From a virus, in IMG/VR virus record IMGVR_UViG_3300042934_000125, positions 2,886 to 66,885 of that record: a stretch of DNA of 64,000 bases. The stretch is one strand, 5' to 3'. The translations under genes and the position numbers were made by a program. Numbering within the stretch: the stretch's first letter is position 1; each line of letters opens with the position of its first letter. The notes under the pieces were generated by a model, which saw nothing but the letters and a program-made list of their open reading frames with translations, did not search any database and was not told where the DNA came from. Positions 29,241 to 37,734 of the stretch are shown here, piece by piece.

Positions 29241-29242
29241 AG

Positions 29243-29392
29243 TTAGATCAACTCTCCTTTCTTATCGTATCTGATTATCTTCGGTGGTGCAGGTGGTTCT
29301 ATAACTGGGACATTTACTGGGAAGAATGAGAAGAAAGCTACCATGGCGTAAATGTTGCAAAAAGTCCGTATCATTTTTTCAATTTGTTTCAT
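29243..29392 (-). CDS. Small hydrophobic Pro-rich peptide (49 aa)
   Basis: Manual translation MKQIEKMIRTFCNIYAMVAFFSFFPVNVPVIEPPAPPKIIRYDKKGELI. Confidence 0.4.
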   Translation of the reverse strand: MKQIEKMIRTFCNIYAMVAFFSFFPVNVPVIEPPAPPKIIRYDKKGELI

Positions 29393-29446
29393 TTATCTTC
29401 ATTTTCCTTCCTATTTAGGAGATCATCGCACTATTTTTACATCTTT

Positions 29447-29482
29447 TCATACTATCTTAGCTACAAGACAGGGTAAAATAGC
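29447..29482 (-). promoter_or_regulatory. Putative late promoter (terS)
   Basis: GCTAT-N16-GCTAAGATAGTATGA. Confidence 0.55.
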
Positions 29483-29571
29483 AAAAAAGAGGCTTCCTAC
29501 AGTCCTCATATGGAGAATTGTAAGAGCCTCTTTTACATCTTATTCTTTGCTATAGTGTATATTACTATATA

Positions 29572-29952
29572 CTATATCTTTAATGTTGTATTTACTAATA
29601 CTTCTTTTACATCTTGTAATGGTTCTATCACTACTTTCTCCCCGCGGGTCGTTACGCTTTTTATATTCTTTCTTACCCATGCAATCTTATCTTCCATCGT
29701 CTCCCCGATTGATCCATATATATTTTCAATCAGTTTAATGACATCTATTGATGTAATGTGTTTACTTAGTAATACTTGTAATGCCTTATCTGTTTCTGCT
29801 ATCATTTTCTCTCTGTCCCGCGCCGCCTTTTCTTTTTTCCTATACTCTTCGATGATAGTACAGAGATCATCTACTGTATCGTAGATTTGCTCCTGCATAA
29901 CATCTCTCCCGAGAATTGCTTCTACTCTTACTATAGTAGGACGTTTACTCAT
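29572..29952 (-). CDS. Hypothetical protein
   Basis: ORF track; translationally coupled. Confidence 0.55.
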   Translation of the reverse strand: MSKRPTIVRVEAILGRDVMQEQIYDTVDDLCTIIEEYRKKEKAARDREKMIAETDKALQVLLSKHITSIDVIKLIENIYGSIGETMEDKIAWVRKNIKSVTTRGEKVVIEPLQDVKEVLVNTTLKI

Positions 29953-30134
29953 GATATTGCATCTCCTATTAAATAGAATTTACCATCTTCTCCGCGGCAT
30001 AGCATTGGTTTCTGACAAGTATTACAAGTATAAAAGCCTGTGTTAGGGCTATTCCAATTGACGCTGTATAAATCAATCAGATGTCTTCCACACGGGCAAT
30101 TTGCATAGATATATTTACCTACTTGTTTATGCAT
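29949..30134 (-). CDS. Zinc-ribbon protein
   Basis: CPCG...CNTC. Confidence 0.55.
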   Translation of the reverse strand: MHKQVGKYIYANCPCGRHLIDLYSVNWNSPNTGFYTCNTCQKPMLCRGEDGKFYLIGDAIS

Positions 30135-30891
30135 TCTTGGAGTTCACGCCTGTCCACATATCGGGGATGTACCAACCGATGAAATCAAATGGAATGTAGC
30201 AATATCCTTTATCTCCCCAGTCTGCTCCCCATGAGTTTTGAGTGATCATATAATCTTTTCCCGCGATTTGTCTATATCCTACTACTAACATCGCATGACC
30301 ACCAAGAGCATACTCTTTCTTTGTATCAGGCATAGGGACAATTCCTGTGTCTGCTACTGCTTTAGATTCGAATGAGGAGTATATAGTTACACCAATAACC
30401 ACTGGATTCCCCGCAACCAACTCTGCTTTTAATTGATCCTTCGTCATAATACGATAGTACTTATCGATTTTATGTAATGGAGCATTTCTCTCCGCGTCGA
30501 TTGATGGTACTTTCTTATAATCAGATGGAATGTATGGAAAGTATGATTCAGTTGCACATCCGATTTGCTGAAGAACTTTGAATCCATCCCGCAAATACGC
30601 ACCACTATCATAATCAATCGTTCCCTCTATCTCCCGCTCTTTCCAGTAATGATATAAGCGTGATAGGAAGAAATAGTATCCATCTCTCTGTTTGTCCTTG
30701 AACATCTTAAACATTAGAATGGCATTTGATGTACAGGAACCTAACCACTCTTGATTCCATATCGGCATAGGTACTTCTAATCTGTTTCTTAAATCAACCA
30801 TCAATGGAAATGTTGTGGTGGGACTGACGAGTTTAGCCGTCAAGTCCCGTGTATCTGGTTTGTCTGGTAATAGTCCATAATTTCTACTCAT
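30127..30891 (-). CDS. Papain-family (C1) cysteine peptidase
   Basis: Q...GSCTSNA, GGHAMLVVGY, NSWG..WG.KGY catalytic motifs. Confidence 0.92.
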   Translation of the reverse strand: MSRNYGLLPDKPDTRDLTAKLVSPTTTFPLMVDLRNRLEVPMPIWNQEWLGSCTSNAILMFKMFKDKQRDGYYFFLSRLYHYWKEREIEGTIDYDSGAYLRDGFKVLQQIGCATESYFPYIPSDYKKVPSIDAERNAPLHKIDKYYRIMTKDQLKAELVAGNPVVIGVTIYSSFESKAVADTGIVPMPDTKKEYALGGHAMLVVGYRQIAGKDYMITQNSWGADWGDKGYCYIPFDFIGWYIPDMWTGVNSKNA

Positions 30892-31285
30892 AGATGTACC
30901 ACTCTCCTCTAATATCGCCCTCAGTAAAGGTTACTTTATTTCCTGTCTTATCATCTTGGAATATGAATCCGAATCTATTCTCGATCTTTTTACCTGCGTC
31001 ATATGCATCAAACGCCTCTTGGAAGTTATGTGCTTTCCGTTTTTCAGGTACTAACTCCCACAGATATTTCAAGGTGTATTCATTTAATGGGAAGTCTTCA
31101 GAATCTCCCTTACTGTCAATCCATGATATTTTATCTGGATTACTTCCATCTCTACTATCTCGCCCATACTTGACGGTTACTCCCATATCATATGACGAAC
31201 GTTCTGGGTGGCTAACAGCTTTGTAGGAGTCGCCTTTATTGATCTGGTTCAGCATCTGAAGAGTGGTTAGTAGTGTCTTATTCAT
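30884..31285 (-). CDS. Hypothetical protein (paralog of 31278..31886 C-terminal part)
   Basis: FP.N.YTL.Y.W.LVP.KRKA..F.EAF.AY..GKKIEN...IRGEWYIYE shared. Confidence 0.7.
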   Translation of the reverse strand: MNKTLLTTLQMLNQINKGDSYKAVSHPERSSYDMGVTVKYGRDSRDGSNPDKISWIDSKGDSEDFPLNEYTLKYLWELVPEKRKAHNFQEAFDAYDAGKKIENRFGFIFQDDKTGNKVTFTEGDIRGEWYIYE

Positions 31286-31886
31286 AGATGTACCACTCCC
31301 CGCGGATATTTCTTTCGCTGAAGTATACTAATGACGATCCTTTTGTGAAAGTGTCTCCGTTCTGATTCTCGATCTTCTTTCCGTTTTCGTATGCGTTAAA
31401 TGCTTCCCAGAAATCATTTGCTTTCCGCTTCGCAGGTACGAGTTTCCATGAATATTGTAGAGTGTATGAATTGATAGGGAACAATGAACCTTCTTTAATC
31501 CCGCTTCTTTCTTTCTTCCATACCAGTTCAACTAAATCTGAGTTATTAGCAGTATTATTCCTGACCATAGATACTTGTGAACCATTATGCGTATCTGTTC
31601 TCGTATCATGCCAAGTAATCTCGTATACTTCGCCTTCTTTGATAACTGCAATCATTTCTGCTGTAGTGAATTTCATTGGTAGTTTCTCTCCCTTTTCATT
31701 TGTTTCTATCCAGTACTTTGTAATGTTACGGATGATTTCTTCTTTAGAGTATTTCATCTGTCCTGATTCATATCTCCCATGCGCTCCCCACGAAACTACA
31801 TATTGATCTTCCTTCTTTTTCGTAATCGTGTAGACACAGTCTTGATCATCCTTGTGTACTGCATAGAATTTATCCTTTAAGTGCAT
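31278..31886 (-). CDS. Hypothetical two-domain protein
   Basis: GGAGGT RBS; paralogy as above. Confidence 0.7.
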   Translation of the reverse strand: MHLKDKFYAVHKDDQDCVYTITKKKEDQYVVSWGAHGRYESGQMKYSKEEIIRNITKYWIETNEKGEKLPMKFTTAEMIAVIKEGEVYEITWHDTRTDTHNGSQVSMVRNNTANNSDLVELVWKKERSGIKEGSLFPINSYTLQYSWKLVPAKRKANDFWEAFNAYENGKKIENQNGDTFTKGSSLVYFSERNIRGEWYIYE

Positions 31887-31902
31887 AACCTTACCTCCGC
31901 TT

Positions 31903-32442
31903 TTATAGTACGCGTCTAACTCCTGTCATCGCGCTTGATGCTACTGATTTGATATTGACTCCCGTTGCAGGTGTGTTTGTGTGTATCATGTTACCATCAC
32001 CGATATAGATACCCACATGGTCTACTGTCCCATCTCCTGAGTAGTCGTAGAATACTAAGTCTCCACGTCTCCATGTGCTGATATTGTCCTTGTCCACTTC
32101 TTCCCCGAACTTGGCTTGATCTTTACTTACTCGTGGGAGTTTTACATCTGCCATATGCTTGTATAGGAATTGTGTGAATCCTGAACAATCCATGCCTTTG
32201 ATCGTTTCCCCGCCGAATACATACGGCACACCTAAAGCATCCAACGTCATAGCCCCGCAAATGACTCTCTCAGCCTTGTATTCCCATTCGTCAGGTGTTG
32301 GGATCATGTGATCGATTTGAGCCTGTAGATCACGTCTATGGGCTTCAGATGCTTCGAGAGCGATTTGTAAGTTACCTACCTGCATTTCTAATCCAGTAAT
32401 GAAGTCTAAACCTAATTGCAATGATTCTTTGATGTTTGTCAT
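31903..32442 (-). CDS. NlpC/P60 (C40) cell-wall peptidase
   Basis: GVPYVFGG, DCSGF, LPRVS.DQ, GDLVF, HVGIY.G motifs. Confidence 0.93.
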   Translation of the reverse strand: MTNIKESLQLGLDFITGLEMQVGNLQIALEASEAHRRDLQAQIDHMIPTPDEWEYKAERVICGAMTLDALGVPYVFGGETIKGMDCSGFTQFLYKHMADVKLPRVSKDQAKFGEEVDKDNISTWRRGDLVFYDYSGDGTVDHVGIYIGDGNMIHTNTPATGVNIKSVASSAMTGVRRVL

Positions 32443-32568
32443 GATGTGATTGCCTCCTATTTTCTTAATTCCAGATTAAGTAGCCTACAGCTATACCTAC
32501 AACGAAAACGATGATATAGACAAATGCTTTAAAGAATATCTCTAAGTCGAACAGATCGTCAAAGTCCA

Positions 32569-32823
32569 TTAGTCGATCTCCGATGTGTTCCAGTATGTCT
32601 TTACTACTCGCGTCACTTCTGCATTATATCCTTGCATGGAGACTGTATCACCAAGTACGATCACTGGAGTTGCTTGATATCCCATTGCTCTTACCGCTTC
32701 CAATGCCCCCGCGTCTTCCCGAATGTTCTTCGATACATAAGGGATTTCGTTCGTTTCTAACCACGTTTTCAGTGCCACACATGGAGAACATGATGGCTGA
32801 GTGTACAGAATTACTGATTTCAT
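32569..32823 (-). CDS. nrdH: NrdH-like glutaredoxin
   Basis: YTQPSCSPC, GYQATPVI; class Ib RNR present in the window. Confidence 0.85.
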   Translation of the reverse strand: MKSVILYTQPSCSPCVALKTWLETNEIPYVSKNIREDAGALEAVRAMGYQATPVIVLGDTVSMQGYNAEVTRVVKTYWNTSEID

Positions 32824-33068
32824 TGAAACCTGCCTCCCAACATTATTTTAAGTATTGGTTCGTAGATGAATCCCATTATAATTAATGTAATGAGGATCAT
32901 CGCTATGCCTCCAACAATCAACCAATTGACCAGAAAATCTAATACTTCTTTCGACTTGCGGTTAATGTACAACTTCCAAGCTACAATTCCGTAAGCCAGT
33001 AAGAAAATTAACCATGTCACCATAAACATGCTCAGTGACAACCAACCTTCCAACACAACTTGCTCCAC
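32820..33068 (-). CDS. Hypothetical membrane protein
   Basis: Two hydrophobic segments; GAGGAGGTG RBS. Confidence 0.65.
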   Translation of the reverse strand: MEQVVLEGWLSLSMFMVTWLIFLLAYGIVAWKLYINRKSKEVLDFLVNWLIVGGIAMILITLIIMGFIYEPILKIMLGGRFQ

Positions 33069-33125
33069 CTTTGCACCTCCTCAAATTAAAAAGCCCTCAA
33101 CCATTTATTAGGCTTCACATAAACC

Positions 33126-33153
33126 TAATCTGATTGAGGGCAGTTCTTAAACC
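33126..33153 (-). promoter_or_regulatory. Phage-type (middle) promoter overlapping a terminator hairpin
   Basis: GGTTTA-N17-GATTAGGTTT; its -10 lies inside the GCCCTCAA...TTGAGGGC stem. Confidence 0.65.
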
Positions 33154-33224
33154 TTATTTTTTGATTGATCGATGTACTGTACACCAGACACCTAATGTGA
33201 ACATAAATACTGCAAATTTCTCTA

Positions 33225-33737
33225 TCATTTCGGATACCATGCTTTGGAGTACTTATGGTTTTGAATATCAAGTGCCTTGAATACATTATCCATCAGTAAT
33301 AGATCAATCTCATCTTTCGTTGCCCCGATCTCCTCAGCGATTTCATTAACAGGTATTTCATGCTCGTTAACCAGAGTCTTCACGATATCTGCCATTTTGA
33401 TAGCGATGTGAGAACCCTTCGCCCGATTGATACGGATTGTGAGCAACATGCGCTCTGGTTCGGTCAGATTCATTACAACTACAGGAACCAAGCCGTTATA
33501 CTTCGCTTTGATCTTCGCGCTTGTACGGGCTAAGGAACTGCGGTGAAAGCCATCGATCACGACATAATCCTGAGTAACCAGAATAGGTTGAATCCAACCA
33601 TTACGAAGGATACTGAACTCAAGGAGTTTCAATTCCTTATTAAATACCACATTGGGATTGTAATCATTAGCAGATAGTTTCTCGACATCTACCCACTCTA
33701 CATTACTGATTGGACTTGCTGTTACATATTCATTCAT
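33225..33737 (-). CDS. IbrB-like ParB/Srx-domain protein
   Basis: P...V.WV....L.ANDYNPN.V...E.KLL..SI...GW.QPI, IDGFHR, TIR.NRAKG.H. Confidence 0.88.
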   Translation of the reverse strand: MNEYVTASPISNVEWVDVEKLSANDYNPNVVFNKELKLLEFSILRNGWIQPILVTQDYVVIDGFHRSSLARTSAKIKAKYNGLVPVVVMNLTEPERMLLTIRINRAKGSHIAIKMADIVKTLVNEHEIPVNEIAEEIGATKDEIDLLLMDNVFKALDIQNHKYSKAWYPK

Positions 33738-34135
33738 GTTTTCTTCCCCTTTACCATTCTTAATATGTCTGCTGTCGTGACTTTCTCTTCCTTCTTGCTA
33801 CTGAATGTAGGGATACCGTGAATGCTGAGTTGAGAGAAGTCTGGGTAATGAATAGCAGGATACTGTTTCCCTAACCACACTTCCTCAAAATATTCACATA
33901 CCTCTAAAGGATTACTGAAGCGTCTATGTGTCATCATGTGGCATCTCCAACATAGCGGCTCTAAGTACTTCGTAGGATGACTGTAATCATGACTATGGTA
34001 CTGGATGATACCTTTGTCCTGTTTGCATCGATTACATACCGTTGGAGGTGGGATTTCTCCCTCCGCGATTGCCTTCTTCATCAGTTTGTCCATTGCTGTT
34101 CGTTCTGCAGGAGACCAACCTTTGTAACTCTTCAT
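33734..34135 (-). CDS. HNH-like zinc-binding protein
   Basis: CNRC...H.HDYS.P...LC..CH...H. Confidence 0.7.
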   Translation of the reverse strand: MKSYKGWSPAERTAMDKLMKKAIAEGEIPPPTVCNRCKQDKGIIQYHSHDYSHPTKYLEPLCWRCHMMTHRRFSNPLEVCEYFEEVWLGKQYPAIHYPDFSQLSIHGIPTFSSKKEEKVTTADILRMVKGKKT

Positions 34136-34139
34136 TCGC

Positions 34140-34697
34140 TCACCTCAGTCTCAATACTCTACAGTTCTTGTATGTATGTACAAGATCATAGCTGTCCATG
34201 AAGTATACTAACTCCTTCTCGACCGCGGAAAGTGCCGCTGTAGGCTTTTTCACTGGCTTTCGACCTTCAATAATGATTGTTTTGATACGGGCTGTAGCAC
34301 AAGCCTCTGCAATCAATGGCATGACTTCTGGGTCAAGTTCATTGATTTCTGTAAACACTCGCCTTGCTACTACGGTATCTATATAGTGTGCAGTTAATAG
34401 CATCTTAAACCGTTGAATGGTTTCAGAATTGATATAGAAGTTCTCGTAATGAACTTGCGGATGCTGTACTGCTCTTTCATAGTACCCTTTGTTCCCTTCG
34501 ATACCTACAACGTGCATGAAGTCGCATTGCTCAATAAGACGGTTACTGAGTAGCCCTGTACAGCTACCCAGATCGACCGCATTTACTCCAGACACGTAAT
34601 TTGCGATGACAGTACCAATCTCATCATGTATTTTAGGGAATGTCCCTTTAGTATTGTAGTCATCAACTAACCTCTGTTCCGCAAATACGTTACCCAT
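34140..34697 (-). CDS. Class I SAM-dependent methyltransferase-like protein
   Basis: VDLGSCTG motif I followed by VVGIE acidic motif II. Confidence 0.7.
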   Translation of the reverse strand: MGNVFAEQRLVDDYNTKGTFPKIHDEIGTVIANYVSGVNAVDLGSCTGLLSNRLIEQCDFMHVVGIEGNKGYYERAVQHPQVHYENFYINSETIQRFKMLLTAHYIDTVVARRVFTEINELDPEVMPLIAEACATARIKTIIIEGRKPVKKPTAALSAVEKELVYFMDSYDLVHTYKNCRVLRLR

Positions 34698-35852
34698 TTA
34701 GTATCCCTTCCCTACTAAACTATTCTCGTACTCAATCTCATCCTTAGTAGGATTCTGAGTCGGCTGAATTTGACGTTTATAGTGTCCGCTTACCACGCTT
34801 TTGAAGACGTACAGTACTGGAAATCCTCCGAAGTTATCTCCTTGGATACCTGCTTTGTACCGCTTCGCCTTCATTTGTCGGCAAGAGAACACTTGAATCA
34901 TAGCTTTCTTCCGTTCGCTCGCATCTTCAATCGTATCATCGATGAACTTAACAAGTCCATTCCATGACTTCTCATACTGATAGATGACACCATAGCGGTC
35001 AAACTCTTTCCAATATAGTTCCTGAATCGTCATCTCAGGGAACAGAGTCATGATCTGCTCGTAGAACTTAGGGAACAATGTACGTAGCTTGTTCAATACT
35101 TTGGCTGACTCTGCGATGAATGGAGTGGCTACTCGTAGACTATCACCATTCCACATCTGCTTATCATAGGAGACACAATACTTGATATCTTTTTCGTAGA
35201 AGTAACGGAAGATATCTTTTTCGCTCCAATCAAAGATAGGCTTACAGAGTTTCACATTGAGAACGTCAGTCGCATTGATATAGTTCTCGTTCTTCTTATT
35301 GATAGAAGCCCTGAACCTGATCAGACTTTCATCTGCTCGGATACCTGTTAGTACCGCAACTTTCCCTTTGTAGTCCTTAGTAGCAAATGCGTCCATCGTG
35401 TATTGAGTGTAGACAGTTACTCCCTCATCTGTGATTGCATAAGGTGGCTTAGGTCTTACCCATTCCCGCCCCGTTTCCCACTGGATGTATTGGTGAGTGC
35501 GTCCAAGGATGAACTTTGTACTCTGCATTTGCACCGCGAACCACTTAGCGTCCCATTCTCCGCTTTCATGATAAGAGGCTACGAACTCTACTACATCATC
35601 AGGGATTAACTCCTCGTCCCTGAAGATGAATTTAGGTTTCTCAGTCATTCCTCGTTCTTCCATGACTTCTTTCATGAGATGAAGGGTGACAAGGCTATCC
35701 TTGCCGCCGCTGAAGGAAGTTACAACGGTATCGAACGTATCAAAGATGTGATGAATACGCTTCTTCGATTCAGTGTAAACGTCCGTATCGATATACTTCT
35801 TCAGCTTAGATACTGCTTTCTCTTGGACTTCTTTTTCCTCACTCATTATCAA
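34698..35852 (-). CDS. IbrA-like PAPS-reductase-family (PP-loop) protein
   Basis: SFSGGKDS PP-loop, F.DEE, GIRADES..RFR, PIFDW.EKD motifs. Confidence 0.88.
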   Translation of the reverse strand: MIMSEEKEVQEKAVSKLKKYIDTDVYTESKKRIHHIFDTFDTVVTSFSGGKDSLVTLHLMKEVMEERGMTEKPKFIFRDEELIPDDVVEFVASYHESGEWDAKWFAVQMQSTKFILGRTHQYIQWETGREWVRPKPPYAITDEGVTVYTQYTMDAFATKDYKGKVAVLTGIRADESLIRFRASINKKNENYINATDVLNVKLCKPIFDWSEKDIFRYFYEKDIKYCVSYDKQMWNGDSLRVATPFIAESAKVLNKLRTLFPKFYEQIMTLFPEMTIQELYWKEFDRYGVIYQYEKSWNGLVKFIDDTIEDASERKKAMIQVFSCRQMKAKRYKAGIQGDNFGGFPVLYVFKSVVSGHYKRQIQPTQNPTKDEIEYENSLVGKGY

Positions 35853-36471
35853 TCAGTCCTCTGTCTTGGATGTCAGCAATGATACGCTCTGCAATTGTCT
35901 CGCGGTCGGCGTACTGCTCTTTCAGACCTTTTAGGTAGCTATGCCAAATGGCTTGCTCTGCTTCATCGTTGAAGATGATATTGTATTGGATGACATAATT
36001 CTTTTCTTCCTTTTCCGTCTCGTCTTCACTGTCGCGGTCAGGAGTTGGGTCTTCTAAAGCCTCGTCACCGAAGTTGATCTCCAGTTTGATCTTCTCCAGA
36101 TCGATCATGTCAAAACCAGTAAGGTCTGTATCATAGTCAGACAGTTCCAGTTCGTCAATCTCTTTCATCAGTTTAGGATAATTCCACTCTGCCATCTCAG
36201 ATGCTTTATTATCCATGATACGGAAAGCCTTTACTTGTTCCTCTGTCAGATCATCTGCCACGATTACAGGTGCTACCTCAAGTCCCAGACGCTTAGCCGC
36301 TCTGAACCGTGTATGACCTGCTACGATCACCATATCTTTGTCTACGATGATAGGATTCTTAAAGCCGAACTCCTCAATGGATTTCATGACCAGTTCTACA
36401 GCATCGTCATTGTCCCGCGGGTTGTTCTCATATGGTTTCAAAAGTTGCAAAGAAAGTTCATTTACTTGCAT
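35839..36471 (-). CDS. ParB N-terminal (ParB/Srx) domain protein
   Basis: LKPYENNPR...SI.EFGF.NPIIVD...IVAGHTR..AA..LG...RIMDNK..E...W. Confidence 0.9.
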   Translation of the reverse strand: MQVNELSLQLLKPYENNPRDNDDAVELVMKSIEEFGFKNPIIVDKDMVIVAGHTRFRAAKRLGLEVAPVIVADDLTEEQVKAFRIMDNKASEMAEWNYPKLMKEIDELELSDYDTDLTGFDMIDLEKIKLEINFGDEALEDPTPDRDSEDETEKEEKNYVIQYNIIFNDEAEQAIWHSYLKGLKEQYADRETIAERIIADIQDRGLIDNE

Positions 36472-36574
36472 TTTTCTTCAATCTCCTTCCTAAACGCTTC
36501 AATTTTCTTCATTCACTTACAATGTCCGTTATTCTTTCCACTTTAGCAGGACAAGAAAAAAAGCCCCTCTGGGC

Positions 36575-36814
36575 TTAAAATCCTTGTGTTGCGAATCTTT
36601 TGTTGAATTCTCCTGCTCGTCTGTTCATTTCTGCTATGCAATCTTCAAGTTTATATTCTTGCCCGATGAAGTACCATCTTGCGCCCTTCTTGTCTGCTTC
36701 TTTAGCTTCGATTCTGAAGCAAGGTGCTCCAAGTTCAAGTCCTGTTACTACTCTCAAGATATCTCCGCGATTTAGTGTTACCGTAGCCAGTTGTTCTTTT
36801 TTGAATTTAGTCAT
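36575..36814 (-). CDS. Hypothetical early protein
   Basis: Own sigmaA promoter and terminator; AAAAGGTGG RBS favours ATG at 36814. Confidence 0.65.
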   Translation of the reverse strand: MTKFKKEQLATVTLNRGDILRVVTGLELGAPCFRIEAKEADKKGARWYFIGQEYKLEDCIAEMNRRAGEFNKRFATQGF

Positions 36815-36866
36815 TTTATATTCCACCTTTTGGTTTTTTTATTGTTTGCTTCAACCTTATAATCTT

Positions 36867-36895
36867 ATTATACATGAACCTATATAATAAGTCAA
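36867..36895 (-). promoter_or_regulatory. sigmaA promoter with TATAGGTT box
   Basis: TTGACT-tattatataggttcatg-TATAAT. Confidence 0.88.
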
Positions 36896-36905
36896 CAACA
36901 AAATA

Positions 36906-36974
36906 AAAAAAAAGTCCCTGCCGTGTTATCCGTCACGAGAGGAACCAAGAAGAAGAATATAAAGGTTATGAAAC
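36906..36974 (-). ncRNA. Candidate sRNA B (about 70 nt)
   Basis: TTGATT-N17-TACAAT promoter (37009-36981), no RBS or ORF, hairpin plus T-run terminator. Confidence 0.55.
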
Positions 36975-37012
36975 AAGATCATTGTAACATCTTGAGATAT
37001 CAAAATCAAGAC

Positions 37013-37099
37013 AAAAAAAGTGACACCAACCGAAGAGGTTAGTGCCAAGAGGTGTAAGGTTTAAACACAAAAAGGTGTGAACAAAGGTGAAACTACCGT
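37013..37099 (-). ncRNA. Candidate sRNA A (about 87 nt, anti-SD rich)
   Basis: TTGACG-N17-TATATT promoter (37134-37106), repeated ACCT motifs, terminator GGCACTAACC-TCTTC-GGTTGGTGTC followed by a T-run. Confidence 0.65.
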
Positions 37100-37130
37100 A
37101 CTACTAATATACATTATGTATCATCTGGCG

Positions 37131-37379
37131 TCAAGTGGCTTCGTAAAGATGACTAACGTCTAAATTAGAACGCTCAACTTCCTTCAGCCTGTTCTTGAAT
37201 AGGTTACTAAGCGGAATCTCTTTATGCTGACGATACTTCAATTGTTTCTCTGTCAGGTAGCAGTAATCCGCTTTCGTTTTCCATTTGTCGGTATTCTTAT
37301 AGTAATCATCATTCTCGCGCAACCAGTCATCTGTTCTTTGGTCTAACTCCTCATCCCTCAACCTCTTGGCATACATCAA
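37131..37379 (-). CDS. Hypothetical protein
   Basis: ORF track; coupled to the upstream gene. Confidence 0.6.
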   Translation of the reverse strand: MMYAKRLRDEELDQRTDDWLRENDDYYKNTDKWKTKADYCYLTEKQLKYRQHKEIPLSNLFKNRLKEVERSNLDVSHLYEAT

Positions 37380-37734
37380 ATACTCCCCCTAATAATTGCT
37401 TCTTCGCCACTTTCAGACCTTCCTTGACTCTATTGGAAATAGTTCTCTGGGATACATTCAATGTCTCAGCTACTTCAAACTGCGTGTACCCCTCGATCAG
37501 ATTCATCCGTAGAGCGATGACTTGCTCTGTAGAGAGCATAGTCTTCTCCATCCCGTAGTATCCAAGGATCAGCTTTAGGTCTACCATGATAGCCATAGCC
37601 ACTCCGTCTCCGCGGGAAGATAAGTCCTCCAGTAATTTCATGTTGATGATAATGTTCTTGAGAGCCGTTACCTTTTGGTAATCGGCTAACTTCATTAGCT
37701 TGATGTTATACGTCTCGCGCTGTACCGCTCCCAT
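37351..37734 (-). CDS. Sigma-70 region 4-like HTH protein (possible late transcription factor)
   Basis: LSTEQ..AL...LIEGYTQ.EVAE.LNVSQ.TIS.RV..GL. Confidence 0.75.
   Translation of the reverse strand: MGAVQRETYNIKLMKLADYQKVTALKNIIINMKLLEDLSSRGDGVAMAIMVDLKLILGYYGMEKTMLSTEQVIALRMNLIEGYTQFEVAETLNVSQRTISNRVKEGLKVAKKQLLGGVFDVCQEVEG

Noticed and set aside
29243-29392. AgrD-like or arbitrium signalling peptide
   Set aside because: No Cys/Ser ring motif in the expected position and no AgrB or AimR-like receptor in the window
33225-36471. ParB genes as a plasmid partition system
   Set aside because: No ParA and no convincing parS; the context is a modification-type IbrAB operon
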